NCBI GenBank assembly: GCA_965237955.1
Contig: OZ250169.1
Coordinates: forward strand, 5,728,001 to 5,792,000
DNA length: 64,000 bases
Source: Candidatus Marinacidobacterales bacterium
GTDB lineage: Bacteria > Acidobacteriota > Vicinamibacteria > Marinacidobacterales > SMYC01
Direction: 5' to 3'
Shown here: piece by piece, positions 60,114 to 64,000 of the stretch
Layout: every line of letters begins with the position of its first letter
Position numbering within the stretch: position 1 is the first letter of the stretch
Translations under genes and position numbers: made by a program
Notes under the pieces: generated by a model
What the model was told of the DNA's origin: nothing
The model's database searches: none
What the model saw: only the letters and a program-made list of their open reading frames with translations

Positions 60114-60885
60114 GTACCGCTCCTCCCAGAACGAGGCAATAGTAGCCGAACAAGTGAAACCTTTGGCTCTCTAGAAATTTGATGACGATTCCGATGGAAA
60201 CATAGCCTATGGCGAACGCCGTCAAGAATCCAGCCGCGTAGCCGAGCCACGCATCGCCGCTCACCGCGGCGGCGTCTTTCAAGTTGAACGCCGCGGCGCC
60301 GAGAATCGCGGGGATGGAGAGCAGAAACGAGAACCGTGCGGCGGTGCCGTGCGCGAGTCCTCGGGCGAGGCCGGCGCCGATCGTCCAACCGGAGCGAGAG
60401 ATGCCGGGAACGAGCGCGGCGCTCTGACACAGGCCGACGACGAGTGCATCTTTGGGCTCGAGACGATCGAGGGTGCGCTCGCCCCTCGAGAACCAGGACG
60501 TCGCCAGAAGCCAGATGCCGGTAACACCCAACGATACCCCTACCACCGAGAGGTTTTCAAAGCTCGCTTCGATCGCGTCTTTGAACAGCAGAGCCGCCAC
60601 CATCGCGGGAATCGTTCCGAGAACGAGGAGCGCGAAGAGGCGTCGACCCGGCGCGCCCACATCCCCCGGCTTCCATCCCGAGAGCACGAGCCCGACTTCG
60701 CGCCGCAGATAGAGCAGCACCGCGCCCAGGGTTCCGAGATGCAGCACTACGTCGAATGTGAGCCCGGGCTGTTCGAAATCACTCATGAAATGTTGAGCAA
60801 TCACGAGATGTCCCGAGCTCGAGACCGGGAGGAACTCCGTGAGTCCCTGCACGACTCCGAGCCAAATCGCCGTGGTCGCGCTCAC
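60085..60885 (-). CDS. uppP: Undecaprenyl-diphosphatase
   Basis: Motifs QGLTEFLPVSSSGHL, PGISRSG and FSFLLSIP; GTG start at 60885. Confidence 0.93.
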   Translation of the reverse strand: MSATTAIWLGVVQGLTEFLPVSSSGHLVIAQHFMSDFEQPGLTFDVVLHLGTLGAVLLYLRREVGLVLSGWKPGDVGAPGRRLFALLVLGTIPAMVAALLFKDAIEASFENLSVVGVSLGVTGIWLLATSWFSRGERTLDRLEPKDALVVGLCQSAALVPGISRSGWTIGAGLARGLAHGTAARFSFLLSIPAILGAAAFNLKDAAAVSGDAWLGYAAGFLTAFAIGYVSIGIVIKFLESQRFHLFGYYCLVLGGAVLAYVALDSS

Positions 60886-62636
60886 GGCTCTTCCTCCGAT
60901 TCGACGACCACGGGAAGGATGACCGGCCTGCGAATGCCACGCTTGCGAAAAAAACGCTTGAGCGTCGACTCGAGCAGGTCTTCGATAGAGTTCTCGTTCT
61001 CCGCATCGTCGCTCGATAGCTTCTCGATTGCGGCAAGCATCACGTCGTGTGCTTCCGACAACAAAGCCTCGGCATCCTCGTTCTCGATGAAGCCGCGGCT
61101 CAGGATGTCGGAGACTTGCGGTCGACGTCCTGGAGACAGCGAGACCATCGGAACCACGACGCCCGTGGCCGCGAGACGTCGACGGTCCCGCACCACACAA
61201 TCCTCCACCAAGCCCAGGCCGCTCCCATCCAAGAGTACCTGCTTCAAGTCGAAGTGATCGACCATCTGGGCCCCGCCGGCCCCTTCGGCAGTGACGCGGA
61301 CGACGTCGCCGTCTTCGGCGAGGAACACGTTATCGGGGTCGACGCCGCTCGAGCGTGCGATCTTCGCGTGGTGGAAAAGCTGGCGCCACTCCCCGTGGAT
61401 GGGAATGAAAGACTTTGGTTTCACGAGGCGCAACACCATATCGAGGTCTTCTGCGCTCCCGTGACCGGAGACGTGCACGTGCGCATCGCGCTGTTGTACG
61501 ACGTCTGCACCGAGACGGAAGAGCCGATTCACGACGCGGTTGACCGCGCGCTCGTTCCCTGGAATCACGCGCGAGCTCAAGATGACCCTATCTCCGGGCT
61601 CGAGCTTGACGTAGCGGTGGGTATCGTTCGCGATTTGCGACAGCGCGGAGAGCTGCTCGCCCTGGCTGCCCGCGGTGATGACGAGCTGTTTCGAGCGCGG
61701 GACGTTGTCGAGGTCTTCCGCCGCCCACAGCACACCGGCGGGCACCCGGAGGTATCCGACGTCGATGGCGGTCTGCACGTTTCCGACCATACTGCGTCCG
61801 AGCAGGGCGACCTTGCGGCCGAGCTCGGCTGCGATGTCGATTGCCACCTGAACCCGGTGTGTGCTCGACGTGAAGCACGAGAGCAGGACGCGACCGGGCG
61901 CATCCCGCACGAGCTCGTCAAACGCGGCGGCGACGGAGCTCTCGGTGTCGGTCCGGCCCGAGACTTCGGCGTTGGTGCTGTCCGAGAGCATGCACAAAAT
62001 GCCTTCATCACCCAGAGATGCGAGCCGCTTCAAATCGATCGGCGGCCCAACCGGCGGTGCGTCGTCGACTTTGAAATCCCCAGTGTGGAGAATTTTGCCG
62101 AACGGAGTTTCCAGAACCACGGCCACGGCGTCCGCGAGGCTATGGGTAACGTGCACCAGCTCCGCGCCGAACGCTCCGATCGAGAAGCTCTCTCCCGGTG
62201 TTACCTCGACGAGCTCGACGTCGTCCAAGAGCTCGTGCTCGTCCAGCCGTTTCCGGATCATCGCGATCGTCAGCTTGGTGCCGTAGACGGGAACGCCGAG
62301 CCGCTTTGCCACGTAAGGGAGAGCACCGATATGGTCTTCGTGCGCGTGGGTGATGACGATTCCCTGGAGCGCCTCCCGGTGCTCGTCCACATAGCTGGTG
62401 TCGGGAAGGATGAGGTCCACGCCCGCGTGCTCGTGGCCGGGAAACATGATGCCCGCGTCCACGACGACCATCGAGTCGTCCATCCGGTAGGTCATCATGT
62501 TCATCCCGAACTCGCCCAGCCCGCCGAGCGGAACGATATCGAGAGAGCTACCGGTGGAGCGCTCGACAGATTTCACCATTAGTGATAGGGGGTTAGCTTC
62601 CCGAAGCTCAGGAATCGCTTCAATATTACCAGACAA
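60882..62636 (-). CDS. rnj: Ribonuclease J
   Basis: Motifs PLGGLGEFGMN, THAHEDH, HTGDFK, GSQGE and HVSGH. The start may be 62579. Confidence 0.93.
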   Translation of the reverse strand: MSGNIEAIPELREANPLSLMVKSVERSTGSSLDIVPLGGLGEFGMNMMTYRMDDSMVVVDAGIMFPGHEHAGVDLILPDTSYVDEHREALQGIVITHAHEDHIGALPYVAKRLGVPVYGTKLTIAMIRKRLDEHELLDDVELVEVTPGESFSIGAFGAELVHVTHSLADAVAVVLETPFGKILHTGDFKVDDAPPVGPPIDLKRLASLGDEGILCMLSDSTNAEVSGRTDTESSVAAAFDELVRDAPGRVLLSCFTSSTHRVQVAIDIAAELGRKVALLGRSMVGNVQTAIDVGYLRVPAGVLWAAEDLDNVPRSKQLVITAGSQGEQLSALSQIANDTHRYVKLEPGDRVILSSRVIPGNERAVNRVVNRLFRLGADVVQQRDAHVHVSGHGSAEDLDMVLRLVKPKSFIPIHGEWRQLFHHAKIARSSGVDPDNVFLAEDGDVVRVTAEGAGGAQMVDHFDLKQVLLDGSGLGLVEDCVVRDRRRLAATGVVVPMVSLSPGRRPQVSDILSRGFIENEDAEALLSEAHDVMLAAIEKLSSDDAENENSIEDLLESTLKRFFRKRGIRRPVILPVVVESEEEP

Positions 62637-63461
62637 TCAAGTTTGGGAAGCGCAAATTCGGCTGATCTCTGCAAATTCTTCGACTGAAAGCGTTTCCGCT
62701 CGGCGGGTCGGATCGATGCCGAGCGTGGAAATCGCCCGCGCGATCACGCCTCGAGACAAGAGTGACGGCCCTAAGTGCTTGATATTATTGGCGATCGTCT
62801 TTCTTCGGTGGGCTAGCAGCCCTTTGACGAGCGAGCGGAACGTTCTTTCGTCACCGTAGTCCGGTGATTCGGCGTGCCGAAGGTCAAGGCGAACGACGGC
62901 CGACACAACGCGCGGTCGGGGCCGGAACGCCTCGGGCGGAATACGGAAGAGGATTTCCGGGCGAGCGGCCTGCTGGGTGACGACACTGAGGAAGCTGTAG
63001 TCTTTCGTGGAGGGGCGGGCGACGAGGCGCTCGGCGACTTCCTTCTGGAACATCAACGTGAGCGAGTCGAAGCGCGCCGTATACGAGAGGAGTCTCAGCA
63101 GGATTGGCGCTGCGACGGAGTAGGGGAGATTCCCGTACCCGCGGATCCGCTCGAGCTCGCGGTCTTTGAGCAGCTGCGCATAGTCGAGTTTCACCGCATC
63201 GGCTTCGATCAGCTCGAGATTGTCGCCAGCTTTGCGCGAGAGCTTCCGCGCCAACCGCGAATCTGTCTCGATCGCGAGAACGCGCGCTCCGGCATCGACC
63301 ATGGGGAGAGTGAGTTGGCCCTCGCCCGCTCCGATCTCGAGGAGGGTCTCGCCTGGAGTCGGGGACAAGGTCTCGACGATGCGCGCGATGAAACGGGGAT
63401 CTTTGAGGAAGCATTGCCCCATGAAGCGCGTGGGGCGAAATGGTGCGGCTATCCGCTGCAC
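62637..63461 (-). CDS. rsmA: 16S rRNA dimethyladenosine transferase
   Basis: Motifs GQCFL, EIGAGEG, GNLPY, MFQKEVAER and RRAETLS. Confidence 0.93.
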   Translation of the reverse strand: MQRIAAPFRPTRFMGQCFLKDPRFIARIVETLSPTPGETLLEIGAGEGQLTLPMVDAGARVLAIETDSRLARKLSRKAGDNLELIEADAVKLDYAQLLKDRELERIRGYGNLPYSVAAPILLRLLSYTARFDSLTLMFQKEVAERLVARPSTKDYSFLSVVTQQAARPEILFRIPPEAFRPRPRVVSAVVRLDLRHAESPDYGDERTFRSLVKGLLAHRRKTIANNIKHLGPSLLSRGVIARAISTLGIDPTRRAETLSVEEFAEISRICASQT

Positions 63462-63573
63462 AGACGGAGCATAGCACGTGGAACAGGATTCACAGGCGCC
63501 GTTGCGCTACAATCATGAACTTGGTCATAGGTTTACGGCCGATGGGCCGGGTAGCGTGGAGACTGGAGGCAGG

Positions 63574-63900
63574 ATGACCGAAGCGTTTAGCGACGCGAGT
63601 TGGGAGAGCGACGTGCTGTCATCGAAGCTACTTGTCGTCGTGGATTTCTGGGCCGATTGGTGCGCACCGTGCAAGATAATGGCACCGACGATCGAGGCCT
63701 TGGCGCGTGAGCTCGATGGTCGCGCCAAAGTCGGCAAGCTCAACGTGGACGACAACCGCGTCGTTTCCGAACGCTATGGAATCCAGGGAATCCCCACCGT
63801 CATGATTTTCGAGGGTGGTGAAGTCAAGGAACAAGTGGTTGGCGTGACTTCCCAAGAGTATTTGGCCCAGCTGATCGACAAGCATCTAAAGACAGCTTGA
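63574..63900 (+). CDS. trxA: Thioredoxin
   Basis: VDFWADWCAPC and IPT; RBS GGAGG precedes the ATG at 63574. Confidence 0.93.
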   Translation: MTEAFSDASWESDVLSSKLLVVVDFWADWCAPCKIMAPTIEALARELDGRAKVGKLNVDDNRVVSERYGIQGIPTVMIFEGGEVKEQVVGVTSQEYLAQLIDKHLKTA

Positions 63901-63934
63901 ACAGTTTCGACAGTCTCGACAGGGGGAAACGTCA

Positions 63935-64000
63935 ATGAGTGAGAACAAGAAAACGTGGCGCGTCATCATTATAGGGAGCGGTCCCGCAGGCTACACCGCG
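63935..64000 (+). CDS. trxB: Thioredoxin reductase N-terminus (partial)
   Basis: MSENKKTWRVIIIGSGPAGYTA directly follows trxA. Confidence 0.85.
   Translation, partial: MSENKKTWRVIIIGSGPAGYTA

Noticed and set aside
60886-61200. N-terminal extension of UppP (also of IstB 9321-9485 and TnpA 11320-11436)
   Set aside because: ORF-caller over-extension into the neighbouring gene or IS end; homology starts at the downstream start codon.

Overview
A GC-rich bacterial window, probably Acidobacteriota; this is inferred from the gene set only. It has two parts. Bases 1-16.5 kb are an A+T-richer, IS-saturated, island-like block. A Kelch (NanM-like)/sodium:solute symporter gene there is split by an ISL3, which itself carries three nested ISs (two different IS256 and one IS21), all with readable target-site duplications. 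IS200, IS481-like, IS3 and a second IS256 copy follow, ending at a tRNA-Leu-like 3' remnant. Bases 16.8-64 kb are core-like chromosome: arginase, an Omp85/kinase-like pair, dppA, pheST, an ECF sigma/anti-sigma pair, S55 peptidase, an AroD-AroE-ThiF triple fusion, hisC, XRE-Fic-GGDEF-J-domain genes, amidase, ftsK, uppP, rnj, rsmA and trxA/trxB. This part is interrupted by a rearranged IS3, a third IS256 copy, a 162-bp CTAG-targeting MITE (two copies, one in hisC) and REP-like repeats. Accessory genes carry frameshifts and in-frame nonsense codons while housekeeping genes are intact, suggesting early genome decay, though some 1-bp deletions may be sequencing errors. No CRISPR array, rRNA or intact tRNA was found. 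All protein calls rest on motif recognition; no database search was run.
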